Assembly (NCBI GenBank): GCA_046759445.1
Contig: JBHICG010000032.1
Coordinates: 1-35,071 of the forward strand
Reading direction: 5' to 3'
From: Candidatus Scalinduaceae bacterium
GTDB lineage: Bacteria; Planctomycetota; Brocadiia; Brocadiales; Scalinduaceae
DNA: 35,071 bases
Below, piece after piece: positions 26,551 to 35,071 of the stretch. Positions within the stretch are counted from its first letter, which is position 1. Each line of letters starts with the position of its first letter. The translations under genes were made by a program, and so were the position numbers. The notes beneath the pieces were generated by a model. The model was not told where the DNA came from. It saw only the letters and a program-made list of their open reading frames with translations, and did not search any database.

Positions 26551-27906
26551 TTACGTATGTTCACTCTTTAGAAAAACCCACCACACGCCTAGCCAGACAG
26601 CAATGGCTATAATGCTTATCTCCAATACGACCCATCCTCCTTTATTAGCAGCCAGAATCACTGCCATTGATGTCCAGAGACCACCTCCCATAAATGGTTC
26701 GTGAAGGAGTTGCTTGTATCCGAATGCGGAAGTCGCATCTGTCTTTTGTTCAGGATCCACCGCCCTTAAAAGCAAAAGCCCTGTTGCCGTGACACCCATG
26801 GACTGACCCATTTCAGCAATTGCCCGTTCAAACCAGCAATTTGGCAGAATCCTCCTGGCAAGCCACATGACACAGAAGATATTCCAAAAGATGCCCCCTA
26901 CTATAATAATAAGAAATGGGATAATGCCATTTATGACAATCTCCAACTGGATAGTACTAATAGCCGCAACCACGAGAAAATCTAGAGCTGTTCCTGCAAA
27001 TCGCTGCATGAGGATATGATCAACTGGAGAAATTTTAGCGAAGTGGGAAAGAAAAAATTGTACTATAAGTCCACCGATCATGCAGAGAGGAAACAGAGGA
27101 AAACCAGCAAAGATACGTATTTCAGATAAACCAGGAATGTATTTCTCAGTAGTTACCAAACCGAACTTTATGCAGTAACCAATCATTACAGCAATACCGA
27201 TAATGGCAAGATGCAGCGCAAGGCTGTCAACAGAATCTGCTGATGTTGTTTGAAAACCGGCAATTGGACGCTTATTGATCGGATACAAACCAGCATATTC
27301 TTCTGGTGTTATCAAATCTTTTTTAGTAAGGCTGTCTACGTACCCTTTTCTTGCGGCCCAGTTTATTAGTGTGATACCTACAATAATCGCTGAGATTATA
27401 CCTGCTGTAGCAGAAGCGAGGCAAAAGGCAGATCCTTCAGTCCACGTAAGTTGACTAAACGTATCACTAAGTCCACCTGCTGTGCCATGCCCACCTTCAA
27501 AACCCACGGGGATTACGACTCCGAATAAATCAGGGATTTTAAAGATCGGTCCGAGTACAATCAAAACAAGTACTATCCCAACAACATATTGTCCCCATGC
27601 CACTATCTGGCCATAAGCAAGTTGGGGTCCAGCCCGTTTCCAGATAACAGAAAAGGGGGGGATAGAAACCCCTAGAAACAGTGTTGCAAATACGATGTTT
27701 ATCAAAAATCCAGGTAGTCTTGGCCAACCGGCTGTCCAGTTTGTGGGAAGCGAATTGCCTGAAGTCTGAATGATTATAAGCCCAATAATCCCTCCAATTA
27801 CTGACGATGGAAGATAAAGCTTCTGAAAAAGCTTTATTTTTACTCTAACAAGTTTTCCTATTATTAGGAGTAGACATAAACCGCAGAATGAAGTTACAAT
27901 TATCAT
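26551..27906 (-). CDS. gltS: Sodium:glutamate symporter family protein
   Basis: LPSSVIGG, GFEGGHGTA, GQSMGVTATG.LL.R.VDP; polytopic membrane protein. Confidence 0.85.
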   Translation of the reverse strand: MIIVTSFCGLCLLLIIGKLVRVKIKLFQKLYLPSSVIGGIIGLIIIQTSGNSLPTNWTAGWPRLPGFLINIVFATLFLGVSIPPFSVIWKRAGPQLAYGQIVAWGQYVVGIVLVLIVLGPIFKIPDLFGVVIPVGFEGGHGTAGGLSDTFSQLTWTEGSAFCLASATAGIISAIIVGITLINWAARKGYVDSLTKKDLITPEEYAGLYPINKRPIAGFQTTSADSVDSLALHLAIIGIAVMIGYCIKFGLVTTEKYIPGLSEIRIFAGFPLFPLCMIGGLIVQFFLSHFAKISPVDHILMQRFAGTALDFLVVAAISTIQLEIVINGIIPFLIIIVGGIFWNIFCVMWLARRILPNCWFERAIAEMGQSMGVTATGLLLLRAVDPEQKTDATSAFGYKQLLHEPFMGGGLWTSMAVILAANKGGWVVLEISIIAIAVWLGVWWVFLKSEHT

Positions 27907-28053
27907 TGAATATAAGATTTGTTACTTATTGCAAAAATTTGCAAAATTGTGTTTGCGTTAAGCACTTGGTTATGTAATTACATTAAATATGCAACAAAAT
28001 GTAATTTTTTTTTAAACTAGTATTCAAAAGGTTTTTTCTTAATACCAAATATC

Positions 28054-28971
28054 ATGCGCATAGCAATTCTTGGTGCAACAGGCTGTGTTGGTCGAAACCT
28101 TATAAATAAACTAATCAAATCCAGCAAACATGAGATTATTGCATCATATCGTATTGACAAAGAAGTAAGTAAACGTTTGAAAAATAGGCGAATAATATGG
28201 ACAAAGGTTAACATGCAAGATCCTGCTAGTACAGAGGAATTTTTACGTGATGCAGACGTCCTCGTATATTTAATACACTCGTTAGGGTATACCAAATTCG
28301 AGAGTCTGGATATAGAACTTGCTCATCAAGTATCTGATGCTTCAAAAAGGGTTGGTATAAAGAAAATAATTTATCTAAGCGGCATTATCTCAAAAGGGCA
28401 AAAACTATCGCATCATTTAAAAAGCAGAGTAGATACAGGTGTTGCCCTTGCGGCACATGGGATTAGTGTGGGAGAAGTTCGTGCCAGTATACTCCTCGGC
28501 ACCTGCAGCGCTTCATATCGCATAGTATATTTTCTCTCAAAACGACTTCCCATAATGATAACACCTAGTTGGTTGAATTCTCTTTGTTCCCCAATTGCTT
28601 TAGAGGATGCTGTTTACGTGATTGAATCGTTAATTATGCGAGACATTAATGGCCATGAGATTTTTGAGATAGGTTCAGATGTATTACGGTACCGTGATCT
28701 TGTGTCTCTTTGCGGTAAGGCAATACATGGTTATAAAAATATAATTATTCCTGTACCTTTTTTTACCATTTCACTATCTGCATTATGGATTTGGCTTATA
28801 ACTGGAGTCTCTCGTAATCTTGCAAGGGCACTGGCAGAAAGCATTGTTGACGATACTGTATTTTCTCATAATCGTTTCAAAGAAATAACAGGGAGAGATC
28901 CAATACCGGTTGAGCAAGCGCTGTACCAATGCGTAGAGGATATGAAGAAAAGAGAGCATCAAAAAACATAG
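28054..28971 (+). CDS. NAD(P)-binding atypical SDR / epimerase family (YbjT-like)
   Basis: ILGATGCVG, YLIHS, IIYLSG, LSHHLKSR, RASILLG, PIALED. Confidence 0.85.
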   Translation: MRIAILGATGCVGRNLINKLIKSSKHEIIASYRIDKEVSKRLKNRRIIWTKVNMQDPASTEEFLRDADVLVYLIHSLGYTKFESLDIELAHQVSDASKRVGIKKIIYLSGIISKGQKLSHHLKSRVDTGVALAAHGISVGEVRASILLGTCSASYRIVYFLSKRLPIMITPSWLNSLCSPIALEDAVYVIESLIMRDINGHEIFEIGSDVLRYRDLVSLCGKAIHGYKNIIIPVPFFTISLSALWIWLITGVSRNLARALAESIVDDTVFSHNRFKEITGRDPIPVEQALYQCVEDMKKREHQKT

Positions 28972-29043
28972 TTTTAAACCATGTACTGTTGCAAATCTGA
29001 GCTTTTTATGTTTATTATGTGTTTCAAAAAATAGTGTTAGACA

Positions 29044-29072
29044 TTGACAATCGTGAGATTTGTTGGTATTAT
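29044..29072 (+). promoter_or_regulatory. Putative sigma70 promoter upstream of amidase
   Basis: TTGACA-17 nt-TATTAT with TGn extension. Confidence 0.4.
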
Positions 29073-29346
29073 CGGTAAACTTTAGAAATCACCAAAAGAG
29101 AGAATACATAATTTTTTCCTTCCAGCATAATGTCTTACCTGAAATATTTTGATAGTTTAAGCATCTGTCAACTTCCACAAATTTTTTTAATATTTTTTTA
29201 TTATAAATTTCATATACTACTTGTATTCAATAACTTAAGGGAAATATATAGTAAATAACGTAACTAAGTTTAAAAGACATAAAAGACAAGTGATAGACTT
29301 GTACAGGTCTATATGTAAATAAAATGCATTTTGTCGAGGGGATAGT

Positions 29347-29955
29347 ATGGTTAAATTTGAATGTTCATATTTGAAATTATTGTTGTTTATGGTACTGATT
29401 TTGTATGGTTGTAGTACACAAGTAGCGAAATTACCTGTTAAAGAAAGACGGATGGAACCCATAAAGCCTGAACCTAAGATAACTATACCGAGTTCAATTT
29501 TGAGTGAATTGCATAAATTTAAAGTTAGATCATGGAAATATATTGTTATTCATCATAGCGCTTCTAATTCAGGCAATGCGTATACTATTGGCAAATTTCA
29601 TAGGGAAGTAAAAGGATGGGAAAACGGGTTGGGTTATCATTTTTTAATAGGGAATGGAAATGGCTCAGGAGATGGTGAGATAGAAGTTGGGGATAGATGG
29701 AATGATCAGATAGATGGTGCTCATGCTGGTAATAAGGAATATAATAGATTTGGAATAGGAATCTGTTTGATTGGTAACTTTGAGAATAGTTATCCTACAA
29801 AGTTGCAGATTTCATCTCTAGTGTATTTAATAAATTATCTTCATGAGCGTTGTAATATTCCTAGAGAAAATATTAAAATGCATAGTAATTTCAGAAAAAC
29901 GGCGTGTCCAGGTGGGAATTTTCCTTATTATGAAGTAATGTCTAGTGTGAGATAA
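29347..29955 (+). CDS. N-acetylmuramoyl-L-alanine amidase (Amidase_2/PGRP), probable lipoprotein
   Basis: IVIHHS, GYHFLI, GAHA, IGICLIGNF, H...TACPG Zn ligands; lipobox-like LYGC. Confidence 0.9.
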   Translation: MVKFECSYLKLLLFMVLILYGCSTQVAKLPVKERRMEPIKPEPKITIPSSILSELHKFKVRSWKYIVIHHSASNSGNAYTIGKFHREVKGWENGLGYHFLIGNGNGSGDGEIEVGDRWNDQIDGAHAGNKEYNRFGIGICLIGNFENSYPTKLQISSLVYLINYLHERCNIPRENIKMHSNFRKTACPGGNFPYYEVMSSVR

Positions 29956-29971
29956 TTAAAGAGGCATAATT

Positions 29972-30676
29972 ATGATACCCATAAAAGACAGAAATCCATC
30001 AGGCTCATTTCCTTTTGTTACGGTAGGAATCATAGCCGTAAATGTTTTTGTGTTTATGTTAGAACTTTCTTTAGGTTCAGGGTTAGATGATTTTATAATG
30101 AAATATGGTATAGTGCCGCTTAAGGTTGGAAATTATTTCCAAGTTTTAGATTTGACATTTGTAGATACATTTCTTCCTTTTATAACATCAATGTTTTTAC
30201 ATGGTGGATTTGTACACCTAATTGGTAATATGTGGTATTTATGGATTTTTGGTGATAATATTGAAGATAAATTGGGGCACTTCAATTATCTATGTTTTTA
30301 TGTCATGTGTGGAATAATTGCATCTTCTGTTCATGTAATTTACAACAATCAATCAAGTGTTCCCTGTATTGGTGCTAGTGGCGCTATTGCAGGAGTGCTG
30401 GGTGCTTATATGATTACTTTTCCCCGCGCAAGGGTAGTAACTATTCTTCCAATATGGTTTATATGGCAGGTTATAGAATTGCCAGCCTTTATTGTTCTGG
30501 GGCTCTGGTTTGTTATACAATTTTTTAACGGCACAGCATCTATTACGACATCAGCCTCTAGTGGAGGTGTTGCATGGTGGGCACACATAGGAGGTTTTGT
30601 TTCAGGAATATTCATAATTGTTATTTTACGAATAATTTATGGAATGACAAATAGAAGAAGTTATAAATATCGTTAA
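29972..30676 (+). CDS. Rhomboid family intramembrane serine protease
   Basis: SMFLHGGFVHLIGNM, GASGAIAG, AWWAHIGGF. Confidence 0.95.
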   Translation: MIPIKDRNPSGSFPFVTVGIIAVNVFVFMLELSLGSGLDDFIMKYGIVPLKVGNYFQVLDLTFVDTFLPFITSMFLHGGFVHLIGNMWYLWIFGDNIEDKLGHFNYLCFYVMCGIIASSVHVIYNNQSSVPCIGASGAIAGVLGAYMITFPRARVVTILPIWFIWQVIELPAFIVLGLWFVIQFFNGTASITTSASSGGVAWWAHIGGFVSGIFIIVILRIIYGMTNRRSYKYR

Positions 30677-30689
30677 CTGTATGGGAATT

Positions 30690-31829
30690 CTATTTTGGCA
30701 CTTTTATATCCTGTTTTGCTACTTCTTTCAAGCTCATACCTTCTTTCCATAAGAATAGGAATCCAACCAAAGCGGTAGGGATAATGGTTATTGTCCAGAA
30801 TATTATTGCATAACTTTGAGCAGAAGATACTCCAGCCCCAAATATATCTAAAGACTTCTGTGTGGCCACGTGAAAAACCCCTATAAACCCTGGTGCTTGA
30901 GGCAATGCTATTGCTAAAGCCAGGCAGACGATTACAAAACAGGCTCCTACAAAAGGCAATCTAATGTTGAAGGAATAAGCCAAAACATATACAACGGAGG
31001 CATTAAGTAGCCATATAATTAGAGAAAGAAACCCTATCCATATTAGTTGTTTTTTGTTATCAAATATTTGTAATCCAGAGACGAATGAACCAAGAAGATT
31101 AATGGATTTGTCTTTTAAATTATGTGGTAGAAAGAAGATTAGCCTTTCAACAACCGTTGCTGTCTTTTCTGGATAAATTGATAAAAGAAATAGTAAAGTT
31201 ATTGCAAGTATTCCAATGAATGCAAATATAGCTGACCAATTTTTCAATTGCTTTAACGTAGACAAATCTTCGTTTCTAACACCGTTGATACTAGATGAGT
31301 GCACTCCTGAGCTATGTTTAAGGCCTTTTGCAATTAATTCTTCTTTAGATGATTCGGGATAATTTGTGACAATACCATTTTTCTTATGTGATGTTTCGGA
31401 TGGAAAGATAAGTAAAATCAGAGATGCAAAAACAATAATACATAATAAATCAAGGATTCTTTCAATTACAACTGTAGCAAAAGATGTTGTAAATTTAATA
31501 TTTTCTTTCCGTCCTATTATAATGGGCTTGATGATTTCTCCCATTCTTGCGGGCAATATGCAGTTAACCATAAGACCAATCATGGTTGCAGAAAATAGGT
31601 TTAGTAAAAAAGTCCTTTTTATGGGTGCTATTAAGCCTGACCATCTAACAGCCCTTATAAAGTGACTTAAGAAAGTAATTAAGATTGCCGGTAGGACATA
31701 AATATAATTTGCTTCTGCAAATGCCTTATTTAAACCAGACCATTCTATGTCTTTTACAAAAAGCCATGAGCAAATAATACTTATTAATATTCCTGATACG
31801 AATACAATTTTCTTTTTATTTAATTTCAA
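30690..31829 (-). CDS. Lysylphosphatidylglycerol-synthase TM-domain (flippase-like, UPF0104) protein
   Basis: RAVRW, N.ILPARMGE, ERILD, PQAPGFIGVFH; TTG start. Confidence 0.85.
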   Translation of the reverse strand: MKLNKKKIVFVSGILISIICSWLFVKDIEWSGLNKAFAEANYIYVLPAILITFLSHFIRAVRWSGLIAPIKRTFLLNLFSATMIGLMVNCILPARMGEIIKPIIIGRKENIKFTTSFATVVIERILDLLCIIVFASLILLIFPSETSHKKNGIVTNYPESSKEELIAKGLKHSSGVHSSSINGVRNEDLSTLKQLKNWSAIFAFIGILAITLLFLLSIYPEKTATVVERLIFFLPHNLKDKSINLLGSFVSGLQIFDNKKQLIWIGFLSLIIWLLNASVVYVLAYSFNIRLPFVGACFVIVCLALAIALPQAPGFIGVFHVATQKSLDIFGAGVSSAQSYAIIFWTITIIPTALVGFLFLWKEGMSLKEVAKQDIKVPK

Positions 31830-31905
31830 TGTATTTTCTGGCTTTTTGTAAGAGTGTATAATTTAAAAAAAAATAAAATTATCAGTAACTTGCAAAATAC
31901 TTAAA

Positions 31906-34506
31906 CTATACTGCAGTAATAGTTCCAGTGTGAAATGTTATAGAATTTCCTTCTACTTTCACTATTATTTCACTCCCCTCCTTAAATCTTCCCTGAAGTA
32001 TTTCCAATGAGAGCGGGTTTTCGATATACTTTTGGATTGTACGTTTTAACGGCCTTGCACCATATGTAACATCATATCCTTCTTCTATCAATCTACGTTT
32101 GGCATCTTCTGTTACTGTTATAGTTAAATTATGTTGAGATAATCTTTTTTGTAATTCTTTAAGCTGTATCTCAATGACCTTTCCAATTTGTTCTTTTGTT
32201 AAACTGTTAAATATTATTATTTCATCGATACGATTTAGGAATTCTGGTCTGAATACATCCTTTAACAATTTTCTAATTGCTTCTTTTAATTTTTCCTTAT
32301 CCTCATGACCTACAAGATCTTGGATGAACTGGCTTCCTATATTTGATGTCATTGCAATAATAGTGTTCTTGAAGTCAACGGTTCTACCGTGTCCATCTGT
32401 TAATCTTCCGTCATCAAAGATCTGGAGTAAGAGGTTAAAGACGTCTCGATGAGCCTTCTCAATTTCGTCAAATAATATTGCGGAATATGGTCTTCGTCTT
32501 ATGGCTTCTGTTAGTCTTCCTCCTTCTTCGTATCCCACATAACCCGGTGGTGCGCCTATAAGCCTGGCTATGGAATGTTGTTCCATGAACTCAGACATAT
32601 CAATCCTGACCATTGCATTTTCATCGTCAAAAAGAAAAGAAGCCAATGCCTTACATAGCTCTGTCTTTCCAACACCCGTAGGTCCCAGAAACAGGAAGGT
32701 CCCGATCGGACGACTGGGATCTTGAAGACCAGCTCGGGCACGTCTTACTGAGTTTGAAACTGCTTCTATTGCCTCCTCTTGGCCGACTACTCTTTCCTTC
32801 AAGCGATCTTCCATCTTGATAAGCTTTTCTTTTTCACCCTCCATCATCTTTGATACGGGAATTCCAGTCCATTTAGATACAACTTCAGCTATATCATCCG
32901 TATCAACCTCTTCTTTGAGTAAACATCTATCCTTTTGTATATCTAATAATTCTTTATGTTTTTGTTTTAGATTATTTTCATAATTTCTTAATATGCTATA
33001 GCGTATCTCTGCTACCTTTTCTAGATCGCCATTTCTTTGAGATGTTTGTTCATCTATACGTGCTTGATCGATTTTTGCATTTAATTCTTGAATTTCCTTT
33101 ATGATTTTTTTTTCGTTCTCCCACTGCGCTTTTAATGCGCCGGTTTCTTCTCTAAATTCCGACAGATGACGTTCCAGTTTTTCCATCCTTTTTTTTGACT
33201 CAGTATCCTTTTCTTTCTTTAATGCCTCTTTTTCAATTTCCATTTGAGTAATTTTCCGCTCCACTTCATCAAGTTCTGTAGGCATACTGTCTATTTCCAT
33301 CCTTAATCTTGACGCTGCTTCATCTATTAAGTCGATAGCCTTGTCGGGCAAAAATCTATCAGAGATATATCTATGTGAAAGTGTTGCAGCTGTAACTAGA
33401 GCGGAGTCCTTGATTCGCACACCATGATGTAGGTCATAACGTTCCTTTAATCCTCTGAGTATCGCAATTGTGTCCTCCACAGAAGGTTCACCGACATATA
33501 CTGGTTGGAACCTTCTTTCCAGCGCCGCATCTTTTTCAATGTGTTTTCTATATTCGTCTAATGTTGTTGCGCCTATACATCGAAGTTCGCCACGAGCTAG
33601 AGATGGTTTCAGGAGGTTGGAAGCGTCTATTGCTCCTTCTGCCGCCCCTGCGCCCACTACTGTATGTAGTTCATCAATAAAAAGTATTGTCTGTCCCTCG
33701 GACGCATCGATATCCTTTAATACGGCTTTTAATCTATCTTCAAACTCCCCTCTATATTTTGCTCCGGCAATTAGTGCCCCCATATCTAGCGACATTAACT
33801 TTTTATTTCTTAATCCTTCAGGCACATCACCGTTAACAATCCTTAGGGCCAATCCTTCTGCTATAGAGGTTTTCCCCACTCCTGGTTCACCAATTAGAAC
33901 TGGGTTATTTTTGGTCCTGCGAGATAATACTTGTATAATACGCCTTATTTCATTATCCCTTCCTATGACAGGATCTAATTTCCCCTTACTTGCCAAATCT
34001 ACAAGATCCTTACTGTAGCGCTTTAATGCCTGATATTTTTCTTCAGGATTCTGATCAGTAATCCTCTGGCTTCCCCTTATATCTTTGAGAGCTGCGAATA
34101 TTTCATCTTTGTTAACACCTGATTCAAAAAGTATTTTTCCCGCAGTACTTTGCTTTTCGTCTGCCAAGGCAATCAAAAGATGTTCTGTGCTTATATACTC
34201 ATCTTTTAGTCTATTGGCTTCAACAAGGGCATTATTGAAAATATTGTTTAGTGCGTTGCTGATATATTGTCCTTGACTTCCATTTACCTGAGGAAGTGTT
34301 TCGATAGTATTAAGGGTTTTAGCAAGTATTTCATCCTTATTGGCCCCCAATTTTTTTATGATAGGGAGAACTATTCCTTGTTGTTGCTTGAGCAAACAAG
34401 CAAGAAGATGTAAGGTTTCTATTTGTTGGTGTCTTTTTGAAGCTGCAAGTTGTTGAGCTTCCTGGATCGCATCCTGTGCTTTTATTGTATATTTGTCTAA
34501 TCTCAT
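31906..34506 (-). CDS. clpB: ATP-dependent chaperone ClpB
   Basis: Two AAA+ modules ([16 protein letters not shown]), Clp N domain, coiled-coil middle domain, 866 aa. Confidence 0.98.
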   Translation of the reverse strand: MRLDKYTIKAQDAIQEAQQLAASKRHQQIETLHLLACLLKQQQGIVLPIIKKLGANKDEILAKTLNTIETLPQVNGSQGQYISNALNNIFNNALVEANRLKDEYISTEHLLIALADEKQSTAGKILFESGVNKDEIFAALKDIRGSQRITDQNPEEKYQALKRYSKDLVDLASKGKLDPVIGRDNEIRRIIQVLSRRTKNNPVLIGEPGVGKTSIAEGLALRIVNGDVPEGLRNKKLMSLDMGALIAGAKYRGEFEDRLKAVLKDIDASEGQTILFIDELHTVVGAGAAEGAIDASNLLKPSLARGELRCIGATTLDEYRKHIEKDAALERRFQPVYVGEPSVEDTIAILRGLKERYDLHHGVRIKDSALVTAATLSHRYISDRFLPDKAIDLIDEAASRLRMEIDSMPTELDEVERKITQMEIEKEALKKEKDTESKKRMEKLERHLSEFREETGALKAQWENEKKIIKEIQELNAKIDQARIDEQTSQRNGDLEKVAEIRYSILRNYENNLKQKHKELLDIQKDRCLLKEEVDTDDIAEVVSKWTGIPVSKMMEGEKEKLIKMEDRLKERVVGQEEAIEAVSNSVRRARAGLQDPSRPIGTFLFLGPTGVGKTELCKALASFLFDDENAMVRIDMSEFMEQHSIARLIGAPPGYVGYEEGGRLTEAIRRRPYSAILFDEIEKAHRDVFNLLLQIFDDGRLTDGHGRTVDFKNTIIAMTSNIGSQFIQDLVGHEDKEKLKEAIRKLLKDVFRPEFLNRIDEIIIFNSLTKEQIGKVIEIQLKELQKRLSQHNLTITVTEDAKRRLIEEGYDVTYGARPLKRTIQKYIENPLSLEILQGRFKEGSEIIVKVEGNSITFHTGTITAV

Positions 34507-34518
34507 TTTACTATTGAT

Positions 34519-34549
34519 AAAAAAAAGTCGGGTGCTACCCGACTTTTTT
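34519..34549 (-). terminator. Intrinsic terminator between dnaK and clpB
   Basis: AAAAAAGUCGGG-UAGCA-CCCGAC-UUUUUUUU on the minus strand (also T-tailed on the plus strand). Confidence 0.8.
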
Positions 34550-34595
34550 GGTTTTGGTTTATGTCAAATAATGACTGTGTTCTTAGTACGACGTG

Positions 34596-35071
34596 TTAAT
34601 CCTTGACCTCATAATCGGCATCTATTACATCTTCTCCTTCTTTATCTTTTTTAGGTTCTTTTTCTGAAGGTTTTTCTTCAGCTTTTTTACCTGTCGCTTG
34701 TTCTTTTTTAGATGCGTCTTCATACATGGCCTGTGCTAATTTGTGAGAAGCAGATTGTAACTCATCAATGACTTTTTTGATTTCATTTGCATCATCTCCA
34801 TCTTTTATCTTTTTAAGTTTTTCTATTACAAGGTTTATGTTGCTTTTTTCAGTTTCACTAATTTTGTCACCTTGTTCTTTCAGAGTTTTTTCTGTTGAAT
34901 AAATTGCCTGGTCAGCCTGATTCCTTGCATCGATTAATTCTCTTTTCTTCTTATCTTCTTCGGAGTGTTGTTCTGCTTCAGTTTGCATCTTTTTGATTTC
35001 CGCTTCAGATAATCCAGAAGATGATTTTATCTGAATTGATTGTTCCTTGCCTGTTCCAAGGTCTTTTGCTG
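34596..35071 (-). CDS. dnaK: Chaperone DnaK, 3' part (runs off the window)
   Basis: Frame open to the window end: AKDLGTGKEQSIQIKSSSGLSEAEIKKM...ARNQAD...DVIDADYEV. Confidence 0.97.
   Translation of the reverse strand, partial: AKDLGTGKEQSIQIKSSSGLSEAEIKKMQTEAEQHSEEDKKKRELIDARNQADQAIYSTEKTLKEQGDKISETEKSNINLVIEKLKKIKDGDDANEIKKVIDELQSASHKLAQAMYEDASKKEQATGKKAEEKPSEKEPKKDKEGEDVIDADYEVKD

Noticed and set aside
33468..34276. Plus-strand ORFs within clpB
   Set aside because: Antisense shadows of a highly conserved gene.

Overview
Bacterial chromosomal window, AT-rich overall. Gene content (stand-alone PilZ genes, holA with a central insert, CobN-like/TonB locus, Na+-dependent systems) suggests an anammox planctomycete such as Scalindua; this is inference. 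In order: (1) a very AT-rich accessory edge (1-2.4 kb) with a 5'-truncated orphan CDS, an HTH + PD-(D/E)XK nuclease-like gene, a frameshifted ParB/Srx-domain gene and a secreted thermonuclease; (2) two PilZ genes, DUF2784, greA and a GlcG/HbpS-type heme-binding gene; (3) birA-oadG-[166-bp MITE]-oadA-oadB, where OadB has an unusual N-terminal signal peptide plus a lysine-less lipoyl/biotinyl-like domain; (4) a ~10-kb minus-strand operon behind two tandem cobalamin riboswitches (one terminator-type, one RBS-type): btuB-like receptor, DUF4430, an exported membrane-anchored His-rich CobN/BtuS/HmuS-like chelatase, exbB-exbD-tonB, and a second MotA/ExbB + DUF2149 pair. This is the best candidate for a little-described system (periplasmic corrinoid/cobalt salvage); (5) holA and HU/IHF; (6) an overlapping three-gene operon: tandem-repeat orphan, degenerate-FHA membrane serine protease, HAD phosphatase; (7) a small secreted protein, GltS-family symporter, SDR, amidase, rhomboid, LPG-synthase-TM protein, clpB and the 3' end of dnaK. 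All family calls come from motif recognition by eye; no database searches were run.
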